Positions 14,732 through 27,889 are shown, numbered from the stretch's first letter. The stretch: DNA of 64,000 nucleotides from Octopus bimaculoides (GCF_001194135.2 NC_068984.1:64489245-64553244), one strand, 5' to 3'. The notes: a model not told the origin generated them from the sequence alone. Numbers and translations are program-made.

Positions 14732-15325
14732 AATGCTTATGGAAACCTGACCCCCAGAGATCACTGCAAATGTGATCTGGCTGCCAGGGCTCATGTACTC
14801 CTTATTGAATCCCCTTTGGTACCACTGCTCTATTTCCTGGAAGATAATACTCCACATCTACAGTGCATTGGCCTTCTCTATTCTCCTGTATGGAGCAGAA
14901 ATGTGGCCCCTCTCAAAGATATTAGCAAAGAGGATTGACAGCTTTGATAGCAAAACCCTGAGAACCAGTGAGAGCATCAGGTGGTACCATCACGTTTCCA
15001 ACAAAGAACTGCATGCATGCATCAGCCCGCAGCCTCCCATCTCATAGCTATCTGTCACATGCACTGGTATGGATATGTCCTCTGTCTCCCACGAGATCAT
15101 CCTACCAGGGATTTACTCTCATCCAACACGTCAGTGCAGGTTGGAAGAGGCCTCATGGCAGGCCCTGCACATGTCTGAATGTATATTGGAGAAGATCTCC
15201 AGAGGCACAATGTCACCTTGAAAGATGCTGAGGGGCTGGGATGTGATTTTCAGCAATGAAGAGCACTGATGGACCTGGCAGGTTCTATGCATGATCAAGC
15301 AAGAGCATGAAGCAAGCAAGCATTA
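14732..15325 (+). mobile_element. Decayed RTE-type LINE 3' end with a (CAAG)-like tail
   Basis: IYSALAFSILLYGAEMWPLSKILAKRIDSFDSKTLR...RWYHHVSNKEL, then W.GYVLCLP...WKRPHGRP. These match the RTE LLYG.ETW and W.RP.GRP motifs. Confidence 0.8.
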
Positions 15326-15469
15326 TAGAAACAGACACCTGAATGTGTAAACATGTCTTGCTTCAAACTAAAGCTGTGTGGACAAAATATTAACCTTATC
15401 ACGAAGTAATTGCATTTCATTTATGAAAATGCTGGAGTGGAGATAAATGATAGCGTACAAGAAGTAAGG

Positions 15470-16450
15470 TAGAAAGGATCCTTAACCAAATTCCTCACAG
15501 GCAAGAGACAGCAATACAAATTCTTCTGGGTTGAGTAATAGTGACAGCAGGGGTGGAGTAGGCATATTGTTAGTTGAAAAAGTGATTCAGACAGTCAGGA
15601 TATTTGAAAGGATAATTCAGACGGGGCTAATTATAGGTAACTTAACCATGATGGTTATCTCTGCATATGCACCACAGGCAAGATTGACAGTGATTTCAAC
15701 AGACATTATTGGCCAATATATTTATCAATAGCCTATGTAGCATAAAAGCTGTGGATGTGGTTCAAAATATGAAGAGGATGTAAGGTTTGTGGAGTTGTGC
15801 AATGCAATCAATCTAACAATTTGCTACACACATTTTAGGAAACCAGCCAATTGCCTCATCACCTACCAATCTGGTGAACACACAAGTCGGATTACATTCT
15901 CACTAGAAAGTGGAACAGAAGAGCTACTGTAAATACCAAAACCTTTTCTGACAAAGAATGCAATACACAACACATATAAGTGGCTAGGCAGGCATAGAAA
16001 TGCAAGGCAAAAAGGAGTAAGATATGTAAACTAAAAGATGCTTTAATTGGGAACAGATTTGCAGAAACTCCAAATGATGCATTAACAGCAATAACTACAT
16101 ACTGAGAGAAACATGTGGCTGGAGCAGAGAAACATGTGGCTGGAGCAGAGAAACATGTGGCTGGAGCAGAGAAACATGTGGCTGGAGCAGAGTCCCAACC
16201 AAGCCAAAAATAACATCACTGAATAATACAGGTCATAGTACAGAAACAGCCAATAGAGAAATTTGGAAAGCCAGGAAGTTAAGTGGTAGTAAGGAGCATT
16301 ATCAAATGGCTAGAAAAGCAGCTATGTGACAGGTATATTTAGTTAAGGGTGAATTAGGAAGGGAGAAATTGGCACATCTGCGATGTGAGGATCAGAGGCA
16401 TGAAATGTTAACGATTAGAAGACAACGTGGAGAGAGAACAGTAACGTATC
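15470..16450 (+). mobile_element. Decayed RTE LINE endonuclease (APE) region
   Basis: GGVGILLVEKV, VISAYAPQ, FVELCNAINLTICYTHFRKP...ITYQSGEHTS and ETCGWSRVPTKPKIT motifs, with stops and frameshifts. Confidence 0.75.
16105..16192 (+). repeat. Perfect 21-bp tandem repeat, 4.2 copies
   Basis: AGAGAAACATGTGGCTGGAGC repeated; CATGTGG recurs at 16112, 16133, 16154 and 16175. Confidence 0.97.
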
Positions 16451-17076
16451 TAAGTACCACAAGTATGTAGTTACCAATATATAGTAGAATTATATATTCC
16501 CAATATGCATTTGTACCAACTTCTAGAAATAATACTTGATTTTATGAAATATAAAAGATTAAGCAATGTATTTATACCATATAACATCTTAATTAAGCAG
16601 CATATTCTATAGAACAATAATTTGGCTGCCTAAAAAAAAAATCACTCTTATTTGCTGTAAAGCTCCTCTGGACCCTAAAAGGAATCATGTGGATAATGCT
16701 TTGTGAAAGATGGTGCAGCTACTTAGTGATTTGATTAACATCCAGTGAAAATGTATGTCACTTATATAAATCCCCAAAGGTAGAATGTACTAATGTTTTA
16801 CAGATGTTTATCTTATCATGAAAATTACATCTAATAAGGTATTTTACTTGGAAATTCAAAATTGCTTAACCATTAGCTTTATTATTTTCATTGTTATTAT
16901 TTTTTTATTTTTTATTTTACCCATTTTGCTCCCTATGTTATGTGCTGGCTATCCATTTACTTCAAGAATGTAGAGCAAACCTGATCCAAATCATGACATA
17001 CTTTATTCTAATTAGATATAAGTATTATTTAAAAGTAATTTATATGGGAAGTTTTCAACTATTTACTTTGGCTTTA

Positions 17077-17117
<41 letters not shown>

Positions 17118-17869
17118 CAAAAATGTTTAAATATTTTCATTAAATCAGACTGATTTGATATCTGATCATCATCAAGTGATACTGGATGTATGCATAGCAC
17201 AAGACTGGATTCAAACTTGGAACCTTTATTTCTAAATGGCAATCAGAGATAAACTTATCAAAACATTTTTCATCTTCAAAGATGAGCTTAAGTCTGATAT
17301 ATAAATTTAACATCTTATCTCAGACATTTAGACATTTCCAAGTTCCAATGAATTAATGTCTTGTATTACACTCTTTTTACTATTTGAAATGTTAAATGGA
17401 TAAAAATTGATCTTACTGTGGGATATTTTCACATTTATTGTATTCAAAATAATGTTCAAGGGCAAAAAATCTCTAAATCAAAGTGATGTATTCAATTTTG
17501 ATATGGTTTTTAAATGTGAAACTGGATATTAATACTTGTTTGCTAAAACAATTAATTTTGAAAGGGAGCAGCAAAACTGGTTTATCTTTTTCAATCTTTA
17601 GATAAATGGTAAAGATTACTGTTACAATACGCTTTAAAGTATATATTTATAGGATAGATTTTTGTGAAATTATATACATTATTTCACAAATATTTTAAGC
17701 TATAAGTTGGCTTTACATGAAGGAATTCAAAATGATCAATGAAAGATGAAGGAACAAAGTTCAAGGGCATTATATTGGCCTTTAGTGACAATGTAATACA
17801 AATAGCATTAAACAATGACATTTAATTTTAGTGGAAAACAGTATATAAATAACATTTTTGGACACTTAC

Positions 17870-18090
17870 GTAACTGTTTATTGTTTGTTTGTACAAATCT
17901 ATATTTTGCCATGAAACCAAGGGCATCATAGATGCCATTAGATTTGAATGTGACTTTGAAAAATTCGCCATCGGACTTGACCGTATTATTCTTCCCCGTT
18001 CTCAAACCACAGAACCGATCCATTTTTCTATCTTGTGTGGTGAAGAAGTTAGAGAAAGAAACATAATCACTTTTATGTTCTTCGTCACAG
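17870..18090 (-). CDS. sol-1: Exon encoding the C-half of the last CUB domain
   Basis: Acceptor ttcatttcctttcctttcttcctttcAG and donor GTAAGT at 17869. 221 nt, phase 2 in and phase 1 out. Encodes (N)CDEEHKSDYVSFSNFFTTQDRKMDRFCGLRTGKNNTVKSDGEFFKVTFKSNGIYDALGFMAKYRFVQTNNKQL. The SDYV.FSNF...DRK..R.CG and SDG.FF.VTF.SN motifs match my recollection of the terminal CUB of SOL-1. Confidence 0.95.
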
Positions 18091-19154
18091 CTGAAAGGAA
18101 GAAAGGAAAGGAAATGAATTAATATTATGAAACTGAAAAATTAAGTTTCTGTAAATATACTGGTACTGCAAAAATAAAAATAATTTTGTAAATGTCCTTG
18201 TTCTGCTTCTACTTTACTATTTGTAGTCTTAAAATGATAAAAATTAAACCCTTACTTTATAACAAGTTCACATTTGTTTAATGCATTTTATACAATGTTC
18301 CTTTATACAAAGAGCCCTTCTTTTACATATGCTCTTGTCATTTTATCCATGTTTGTATATTTTATGTTTTATATGCAACAGTTTCAAATTTGAATAGAGT
18401 AGAATATCATGGAATAGAATTAAAATAATTCTATTATATAATATTCTAATATATTCAAATTGGATGGTAGGAGATAATTATTTTTCTCCTGGACACAACA
18501 ATGGACATTCTCCATATAATATTCAGTAGAGTGACTATTATAGTTAAAATTTCCCACAGCTTTGAAGTAGTTTGTTGAATTATAAGATAATTAAATGATA
18601 ACCCATTTCTAGTTGCCAAATAGTGAGATTAAAGACTTTCTCACATTCCAGTTGTAAAACATCTTAGCTGCTCTTAATTAAAATGGCAAAACCAGGCTAT
18701 CATAAAACCGAATGTTACAGTATTTAGTTGTAGCTCTGTCAAGTTGGCTTTCAAATGCTGCAGAGATCAAATGTACCTCCATCCATCAACGATTGATAAA
18801 ATAAATATCAATAATTCAATTAATTATCCCACCCAAGCCACCAAAAATATTGGATTTGTTTCTACTTAAAATAAATCAATATGTGAATATCACAAAAGGA
18901 AATTTCTTAATTTCCACATATTTAGTACATTTTGTGGGGAGAAATTAGAAATTTTAATTGAATAAAATTTAAGAACTCTTGCCACAAATCCTACAGATTA
19001 ATAGTCCACTTACAGTAACATTACATGGATGATTGTGGATGTAATGTTTTCTAGACATTTTCCGTTCAATATTTGATGTTGTAAGAATGTAAATTCAAGA
19101 AACCATTTTATCTTAACAGCTACTAAAATAAGAAATGAGAGCATTTTTACTTAC

Positions 19155-19326
19155 TTTGGTTTAACACCATCAACTTCAAATTTTGTGAAGTCAATTATTA
19201 CTTTTTCACCTTTCTGACCATAAAACAGATAGTGACATTCCGTTATTCTTGGGTATTTTCCTGGATAATTTGGTGAAGTGAAAAACCCAGAAGATGCTAA
19301 AATACTCTTATAGTTGAACCCACATA
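19155..19326 (-). CDS. sol-1: Exon encoding the N-half of the last CUB domain
   Basis: Acceptor cttgctcttttcAG and donor GTAAGT at 19154. 172 nt, phase 1 in and phase 2 out. Encodes CGFNYKSILASSGFFTSPNYPGKYPRITECHYLFYGQKGEKVIIDFTKFEVDGVKP, with the canonical CUB G.FTSPNYP..YP...C.Y motif. Confidence 0.95.
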
Positions 19327-19964
19327 CTGAAAAGAGCAAGAAATAGAGGTTATTATAAAATTCTTTTGATATATATGTATATATATATATATATATACTT
19401 GGAGTAGACTTATTTTATATTTGTTTCAGATATCTTTTAAGAAAATAGATAAAAGAATAAAACAAATCTAAGTGATAAACTTAAAATGTACATTAAATAA
19501 AAGATGATAAAATTGGGGAAGAACTATTGACTTTGGTTCAAATATAAATATAGCCTAGATGCTTTATAATCTAGAATAAACACTACACAAGTGGGATAAG
19601 CTGCAAAAGTTTTAAAACTGGTATCAGAATTTTCAGGAGAAGCATACACTTTATAGTTGAGTGGTTAGAAGACACTGAATTGTAAGTAATACTTATTTCT
19701 TCTTGTAATGGCTCAGAACTAATGGAAGAATGTGCTTTATAAGTTTGAACTGAATATGTTTGGTGTAACAGGATTATGTTTTAGAAACTCTCTCCCTTAC
19801 TCTCTCTCTCTCTCCTCAGAGTTAAAATGATTGCAGCTTTTTCTAGTCCCAAAGAACTGTTTGCATTGCACAATAATAATCATCATCATTTAACATCTGT
19901 TTTCTATACTACCAAGGGTTGGACATTCTATATGATATTTTACACAATGATCAACGTTCCGTTA

Positions 19965-20290
19965 TCTTTTACTTGCTTCAGTCATTAGACTGTGGCCATG
20001 CTGGGACTCTGCATGATCCACCTCAGGACTTTTTTAAAGCCTGCTACTTATTCTATCAGTCTCTTTTACCAAACTGTTGAGTTACAGGGATGTAAGTACA
20101 CCAACATGTAAGCGAAAAAATATTTATTAGGCTTCTTTCAGATTCCATCTGCCATATCCACTTACAAGGTGTTGGTTAGCCCAAGGTTACAGTAGAAAAC
20201 AGTTGTTCAAGGTGCCACACAGTAGGACTGACCCCAGAACCAAGTGGTTGGGAAGCAAACTGCTCACCACACAGCTACACCTGTGTCTAC
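19965..20290 (-). mobile_element. SINE family A copy (diverged)
   Basis: Same head, core and tail modules. Confidence 0.8.
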
Positions 20291-21513
20291 ATTGGGTACT
20301 TTTCCTTCAATAGATATTCATAACATTATAATTTTTCAGATTATTATATTCATTTGTAATGATTTAATATAAATTAATATCTAAACTAAATTTCAGTTTC
20401 CAATTATTAGTATCAGGTGCTGCCTTAATACTGCATGGAATTGTTTGTATAAGATTCCTATTTTGAATCTAGTCTTGTACTATAGACACATTCAGTAATA
20501 AGGTACCTGATGAGTCAGATAAAAGCAACTAAAACAGAGCAGATGTAAGCATTTAAAGAAAAAAATCTTTCATCTTTCTAGACGAGATTAACAGTTCAAC
20601 TAATTACATATAATCTTATTAACAACTCATCTCAGACATTTAAATTCATGTTTCTTCAGATATCATGGTTTATAGAGTTTCTGACATCTGCAATTTACAC
20701 TCACAGATGGTTGAGATCTGGTGAGAATGAAGTCATAGTGAATCCCAACTCTCCTTATATCATAGCTTCCAAATAACAAATATAATAAAAAACAAAAAGA
20801 AGAAATATCAAATAAGAAGGAACTTATGATGGAAAATAACTTATTCAGTTTCCCTTCATCAACACCACGAAAATAGACCACAGCTGTGAATTACAAACTT
20901 GACTCTAGTGAGACAAACTTGACTCCACAAAATGGAAAGCACCAAATGCTAATTTACTTTTCCCTCACTAGCTTGAACTGGACAAAGACTTATTATTGAG
21001 ATATTATTTTACCTATACTGTTGCTAACACTTACAAGCTTTCCATGTAAGGGATTTTTTTTTATTTCACCTGTCTTTGAAAGGGGAATTCATCAACAAGA
21101 AGGTCAACATAATGTCATTGTTTTGCTCAAATGGCTTCATTCAAAAATGTGGATTGTATACTTTCACACATACCTTTGCACACACTCATATGTACCTCAA
21201 TTTAGTTTCTGTTGACCTATACCAACTCACAGGACATGAAGTTTCATGTACATGAATCATTTACTTAAGAGCACAATGTCTTTTTTGGTCTATGAATTGA
21301 ACCCATCACCTTAAGGTCACGATCTTTATATTTTAATAAATACACTTCGTTATCTCAACTTCTAGGGAGTAAAAAAATGATTCCTAATGAGCTGATAAAT
21401 AACAACAAAATCCCAGTGGTTCAATCCTCATTCTAAACTGTGTCCTGGCTAATATCACAGTGAGACACAGCGATATAAGTCCATACATACATGGATGTAT
21501 GTATGTATTTATT

Positions 21514-21521
21514 TGTGTGTG

Positions 21522-21574
<53 letters not shown>

Positions 21575-21631
21575 TTGTGTGTGTGTGTTTGTGTGTGTGC
21601 TTGTGTGCTTGTGTGTGTGTGTGTGTGTGTA
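21514..21631. repeat. Interrupted (TG)n microsatellite
   Basis: Direct inspection. Confidence 0.95.
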
Positions 21632-21773
21632 GTGCAGTTGTTTATTCAAAACTGGTACAATGGTAGTATTTTAGTTCATGTATACCATTATGATTTGCAT
21701 TGTGTACTACACATATGTGTATAAACATATGAGTGCATGTTGATAAAAATATGCACTCATATATATGTATATA

Positions 21774-23010
21774 CAGGGTGCAGTGAATAAATTGTCTTCT
21801 ACATTAAGCAAAAATGAAAATAACACTGACATCTCATTTTAGCAGATATATTTACCAAAATTACATAAAAATACCTTGAAATACTAAAGAGTAAATGTAT
21901 TCAATAAAATAGCCATTGGCTTCAATCACAGCCTTTAGACGACTTCTGAATTTCCTGCAACTCTTCTGGATGGTTTCCTTGTTTAAGTCAGTGAATGCAG
22001 CCATAATCCTTGCCATCAGTTCATGTTTGGTCTTACAAGGAGTTTTGTGGCTCTCTCACTCAACTGCACCCCACACATGATAATCAAGGGAGTAGCAGTC
22101 TGGGGAGCTAGGTGGTCAGATGTTAGAGGTGATGCGGTCACAGAAATTTCTGAGAGTCATGACCGGGTTCTCCTGCTTGTGTGGCATGGTGCAGAGTCTG
22201 TTGCCAGACATAGGATCTTCCAACAGCCACCCTCTTGATCCAGGACAGCACTACCTCCTCCAGGCCTCCATGTTGAGTCTGGGAAGATGAATGGATGCAT
22301 AACATCACCATCACTCCAAACACCATGATGTTGACTGGATGTTGATTTTTGTCACTCTTGGTACATGTTTTGGGGACATGGCAAGCCAACAGTTGTATGA
22401 GTTCACCATCTGATCCCACCAGAAGCTTTTCTCATCTGAGAAAAACCAAAACATGTCTGGTTGGATGGAATGCTTGAGTTTGTTCAAAGGCTTTGTAGTG
22501 TGGTCTTCCCTCTTGTCCATGATGGCTTGGGATAAAAATTGGCCCTTTCTCCTGTTGTATGAGGAATACCAAATGTCTTCATGCATTACCTGCCTGATAA
22601 GAAACTCAGACACTCCCATGTCTCTGGCAATGGACTTGACTAACTTGGAGGAATCATGGCCTTGATATCATCAACAAATTCAGGAGTTCTTTTCTGATCA
22701 GAACAATCAGAGTGAGTTTTCCAAGCTGCCATACCTTTGAAATCACCATTAGACTAATCCAACTCTTTTTGAATTCTCTGCACTGTCCTCAGATAGACAC
22801 CCAAACACTCTGAAATGTTTGTATTGCCAAGCAGTACAGCATATCATTTCCAAATTTCTGGCAGAGTGAATTCCATCATTGTGCTGTTTTTCTCACAGAT
22901 GGTGCCCAGCTGACCCTACTATATTGTGTAATCAACAAAATCAAAAACAAATGATGCACCTGCATGAAATTAAAGCTATAAAATGGCGACAATTTACCCA
23001 TTACACCCTG
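21774..23010 (-). mobile_element. Near full-length decayed Tc1/mariner transposon, DD37D (maT) type
   Basis: 23-bp imperfect TIRs (CAGGGTGCAGTGAATAAATTGTC versus reverse complement CAGGGTGTAATGGGTAAATTGTC), TA on both sides (21772-73, 23011-12), length 1237 bp, and an internal transposase remnant. Confidence 0.92.
21898..22879 (-). pseudogene. Frameshifted DD37D transposase
   Basis: Motifs WFFSDEK, HPVNIMVFGV, YVWQQ(D)SAPCH, PPSSPDCYSLDYHVWGAVER and EAVIEANG are recovered across frameshifts and stops. There are 37 residues between the second and third catalytic Asp after restoring two 1-nt deletions. Confidence 0.85.
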
Positions 23011-23096
23011 TATATATGTGTGTGTGTATGTATAATATAATGATATAATGGAGAGGCATGAATTCTTAAAAGCTATTAATATGCATACATACATAC

Positions 23097-23139
<43 letters not shown>

Positions 23140-24265
23140 AAATGCAAACAGAACTAATTAAAGAAATCAACTAAAGCATATTTTAAAGACTAATAACAGT
23201 TATGTCTGATGGTAAGTAGTGACCTACAAATAGCTACATTGACAACAAAATACATTAATGCTAAATAATCTGCCAAAACATAATTTGCCTTGTAACTAGC
23301 TTTGAAAATCTGAAAAAAATAAAATCTCAGTATCTGCCAAATAGTGTTCTACTAAAAATACAAAAAGCTTGGCTGATAGATTAAAATGACAGCACTTATG
23401 TGTAAAGCCATAAAAAATTAGAACAATCTTGGAAATGCATTGACTTGTATCAGCTTGCTGTGACATACTTTATGCTATTAAGGAGGATTATTTTGTTTGT
23501 TTGCTTTTTTAGTTTTCATTAATTTCTGCAGATAGCTTATGAAGTTGCCTAGCTAAGTTGGGATAAGTGATTTTTGCATGTTTACAAGTATGTCAAACGG
23601 CATAGAATAACTCTCAGCTTAGTGTAATGCTATATGAAAACCAAAGTAGGGCAGGAGTTTTTGGTTGGGTGTGTATATGTGTGTTTCATAAATTTTTGTC
23701 TATTTTACCATGCTGCACAGGTTAGATGAATGTGTTGAGTGTTATTTTTTTAGAGTTGGATGCCCTTCCTATCACTATCCCATATCTGTTTCTCAAGAAA
23801 GAGTGCTCTTTTCCTAATGGCTTTTACAGCACAGAGCACGTGAGATGTAAATAAACACACGCACAATGCTTCTTTTACAGACTCCATCTATCAAATCTGC
23901 TCACAAGGCTTTGATTGGCTCAGACACTTGCTCAAAGAGGTACTGAAAGCACAGTGAGCTTCTTGACACAGCCATGCCTGTACCTTATATTTATAATGGT
24001 TAACAATGTCCAGAGCCTAGCATTGGATCCTATAACGTTGAACAGATGAAAGATTAACAGGATGTGAATCTATTGCAGATAGCATTTGCTAAAGACTTAT
24101 TTATATCTGTTACAATTATATGAACCAATTCACTTTCAATGACCAATGCAGATATATAATGAGGCATCTGCAATATATGAGCTTTTAGAGCTTGTGGTTC
24201 AACCCTTCATCCACTCAGCAAAGTACACATAAAGTTTATATACACACACACACACACACACACAT

Positions 24266-24317
<52 letters not shown>

Positions 24318-24431
24318 TTCAGTGATTAAATGTAAACATTCCTTTCACAGGCTCTTTTTAATGCTATTCTCATATGTTACTTTTAGTGAGATAGAAAATG
24401 TTTTTCACAATAATAACTGTTGAATACTTAC

Positions 24432-24470
24432 AATATCTAGAATCAGGTTCACCCGTGCTAATGCCAAAAT
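24432..24470 (-). CDS. sol-1: 39-nt microexon encoding the inter-CUB linker (N)FGISTGEPDSRY(L)
   Basis: Strong acceptor ttatcctgtttttttctctctcttttacAG and donor GTAAGT at 24431. Phase 1 in and phase 1 out, matching both neighbours and giving FVR-N-FGISTGEPDSRY-L-CGFNY. An FV-x-[DN]-FGI linker is what I recall from SOL-1-family proteins. Confidence 0.85.
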
Positions 24471-24687
24471 CTGTAAAAGAGAGAGAAAAAAACAGGATAA
24501 AAAAAATATTCCCTTCCATACAAAGAAATGCAATAAATTATACTATAATGAGTTCAAAGTAAAACTATTCTGAGCTGACATCAGGTTCACACAACTACCT
24601 AACCCTTGAGTGCCTCTAGCAGAATCCATTCTGTTGCCTGCAGATTTTTTCCTTTTTGCTTTATTTTCCTTCTTATCATCAACATAA

Positions 24688-24980
24688 CATCTACTTTCCA
24701 TGCTTGCATGAGTTGGATAGAATTCATTGAGGCAGATTTTTTATGGCTGAATGCTCTTCCTGTCACCAACACTTACCTGTTTCCAAGCAGGTTAATATTT
24801 CTGCAAGGCCATATATGTTTACATACACACACACACAGACACACACACATGTACAACAGGCTTCTTCCAAGACTTTAGTCAGCCCAACACTATAGTAAAA
24901 AACATTGCTACACAGTGGAAATAAACCCAAACAATATGGTTATGAAGTAAACTTCTTAATCATAAAAACCATGACTGTGC
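24688..24980 (-). mobile_element. Diverged SINE (family A head, RTE-type tail)
   Basis: ACATCTACTTTCCATGCTTGCATGAGTTGG...GCTCTTCCTGTCACCAAC, and a decayed head at the right end. Confidence 0.55.
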
Positions 24981-25290
24981 TTATGCTCATAAAGGAATTT
25001 TGCGTAATTAAGTTCTTGAAATTATCTCCCCTCTCTTTTTTAAGTGCTGCTAGCAAATGCTACAAAGTCTTCCTTTATGTTTTCCTGCCAAGAAGAAAAT
25101 TAGAGTTAAGGATATCCTGCACGTATTATTTAATATATCACCCCATTACATATTTATAAATCTTCCCTTTAAAATATCTTGACTAGTTTGCTTCAGTAAA
25201 CACTGAAAATAATAGCAAAAATGTTATTGATCCCTACCTCTCAATCCAAAACAAAGATTAAATCTTAAGACAGAAATTATACAAAAATTT

Positions 25291-25503
25291 GGATGGCCCA
25301 GAAGTAGGTTTACAGTTATTCAACTATCCCTTTTGCATTCATATATTAACAGTTTAGATCTTAATTATAAAAAAGTATGAAACCATTACACTATGCTAAT
25401 TTAGTTAATTTTGTCAAGCTCCCTTTTCAGTTTGTAAGATAGAAATTTAAAAACGAAATTTAAAGTGCCTACATGATAACTGTAAAACTACTTTTGGGCC
25501 ACA
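25291..25503. mobile_element. Tc1/mariner-type MITE remnant
   Basis: About 26-bp inverted repeats: TGGCCCAGAAGTAGGTTTACAGTTA and TAACTGTAAAACTACTTTTGGGCCA. The extreme termini and TA TSD are eroded. Confidence 0.6.
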
Positions 25504-25830
25504 CAAGGCTTTGGTCAACATGGAACCATGTGGTTGGGAAGCAAACTTCTCCCCACACAGCCATACCTGCACTTATCTGACAACCAAATGATTCTTTACA
25601 TGTATAAATATGCACATGCACAAATGAACAATACAATTATCAATTATATTGCAATGTTTAAATGAAAACAAAACAAAAAAAAAAAAAATAAAAGTTGAAA
25701 GAGAAAAGTGAATTTTTAAAACGTGTAAAAAGAAAAATAATAAAATATCTATAATGAATTAAAAACATTTCCATTAAAAATGGAGTGCAAGAAATCAGTT
25801 AATTATCTTTTGAACACCAATAGGTAAATA

Positions 25831-25970
25831 ATCATCATCATTTAACATCTGTCTTCCGTGCTGGCATGGGTTGGATTGTTTAGCAGGAACTGGCTAGGCA
25901 GAAGACTGCACCAGGCATGGGTTTCATGGTCGGATGCCCTTCCTAACACCATTCACCCCACAGAGTGAGG
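25831..25970 (-). mobile_element. RTE-type 3' tail fragment
   Basis: CATCATTTAACATCTGTCTTCCGTGCTGGCATGGGTTGG...GGATGCCCTTCCTAACACC. Confidence 0.7.
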
Positions 25971-26204
25971 TATTATATCTATTAATATTAAGCAATGTTG
26001 TTTTCAGCAAAAAAAAACAAAAAAACAGTAGATGCACACACACATGTGTGTGTGTGTGTACAAATGTTTATGTACGAGTGTGCTTGGTTGTATGCAAGCG
26101 TGTAAATATAAAACTGCAATATTTAGAATACATATGTGTGCCTCTTTCTCGTATTCTTTATCTTTGTCAGTAAATGTGTGTGTGTGATTTGTATGTTTTA
26201 TCTT

Positions 26205-26650
26205 TAATCTTTTATTTGTTTCAGTCATTTGACTGCAGCCATGCTGGGGCACCATCTTGAAAGGTGCAAATTGACCCCAGGGCTTATTTCTTTGAAGTCT
26301 AGTACTTATTCTACCAGTATCTTTTGATGAACTGCTAAGTTACGGAAACATAAACAAACCAACACTGGTTGTCAAGTAATGTTGAGGGGACAAACACAGA
26401 CAGAAAGGCAAATACATATAGATACAACAAGCTTCTTTCAGTTTCCGTTGACCAAATCGTGTATATATATATATATATGTATATATATACATACACATAC
26501 AACAGCCTTATTTCAGTTACCATCTACCAAATCTACTCACAAGGCTTTGGTCAACTCAAGGATATAGCAGAAAACAAAGTGCCACACAGTGAGACTGAAC
26601 CAGGAACCATGTGGTTGGGAAGCAAGCTTTTTACCATACACCCACATCTT
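26205..26650 (-). mobile_element. SINE family A copy
   Basis: Same modules, with a duplicated CTTTCAGTT.C...ACCAAATC segment around the central microsatellite. Confidence 0.8.
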
Positions 26651-26799
26651 TCTCTCTATATATATCTATCTCTTTTTCTCCTCTCCCATCTGTTTTTATT
26701 ATTTATCTGTCTACTTATCACTGAAAGAACATTTGTATGTAAATGCATGCATGCCAAATTGCAATATCTTGCATGTATATTAGCTCTTCTGTCTGTCTG

Positions 26800-26831
<32 letters not shown>

Positions 26832-27249
26832 TCTATGTCACTCTCTCTCTCTCTCTCTCTCTCTTTTGATCATTCCATAACTACAAAAGTAATGCATTAA
26901 TATAATGCTTCATAGATGTTTTTTTATTCCTTAGTCTAAACAGCACCCATGAGAGACTGAGAAAGACACTAATAACGCATAACTGTGTGTGTGTTGGGGA
27001 GTGTATATGTGTGTGTTGGGGAGTGCATATGTGTGTGCATAACCAACAAAGATAAATACAAAATGAGTTAAGAAAAAGCCAACCAGAACGCCCATCATTA
27101 AACTATTATCTGTATGAAATCATGTCCACAGAAAAATATATTTCATATTTCCCTAGTTAGTAGGGTGAATGGAAAATGACTATTGCGCATAGACATTCAT
27201 GCAAACATATGTGTTGCATGTCTGTGCGCATGCAAGCATTTATCTATCT

Positions 27250-27470
27250 ATATATTCTTTTATTTGTTTCTGTCATTTGATTATGGCCTGCTGGAGCACA
27301 GCCTTGAAGTGTTTTAGTCAAACAAATTGACACCAGGACCTATTTTTTAAGCCTAGCACTAATTATATCAGTTTGTTTTGCTGAACCACTAAGTTATATG
27401 AATGTAAACACACCTACACAAGTTGTCAAGCAGTGATAGGTGTCAAATACAGACACAAAAACACACACAC
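27250..27470 (-). mobile_element. SINE family A, 3' half
   Basis: Tail and core modules up to the central microsatellite, followed by an N gap. Confidence 0.75.
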
Positions 27471-27472
27471 AC

Positions 27473-27513
<41 letters not shown>

Positions 27514-27889
27514 NNNNNNNNNNNNNNNNNNNNNNNNNNNNNNNNNNNNNNNNNNNNNNNNNNNNNNNNNNNNNNNNNNNNNNNNNNNNNNNNNNNNNNN
27601 NNNNNNNNNNNNNNNNNNNNNNNNNNNNNNNNNNNNNNNNNNNNNNNNNNNNNNNNNNNNNNNNNNNNNNNNNNNNNNNNNNNNNNNNNNNNNNNNNNNN
27701 NNNNNNNNNNNNNNNNNNNNNNNNNNNNNNNNNNNNNNNNNNNNNNNNNNNNNNNNNNNNNNNNNNNNNNNNNNNNNNNNNNNNNNNNNNNNNNNNNNNN
27801 NNNNNNNNNNNNNNNNNNNNNNNNNNNNNNNNNNNNNNNNNNNNNNNNNATCTATATATATATATATATGTGTGTGTGTATGTGTGTGT

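Noticed and set aside
16105-16192. CRISPR-like direct repeats
   Set aside because: No spacers, no cas genes, and a eukaryotic LINE context; it is a plain tandem repeat.
20650-20900. Second Tc1/mariner remnant (SPDLN on the minus strand near 20710-20724)
   Set aside because: A single short motif with no TIRs or other catalytic motifs; insufficient support.
21727-21762. 12-bp perfect inverted repeat ATATGAGTGCAT/ATGCACTCATAT beside the maT end
   Set aside because: Short, partly made of AT/CA simple sequence, and plausible by chance in this composition.
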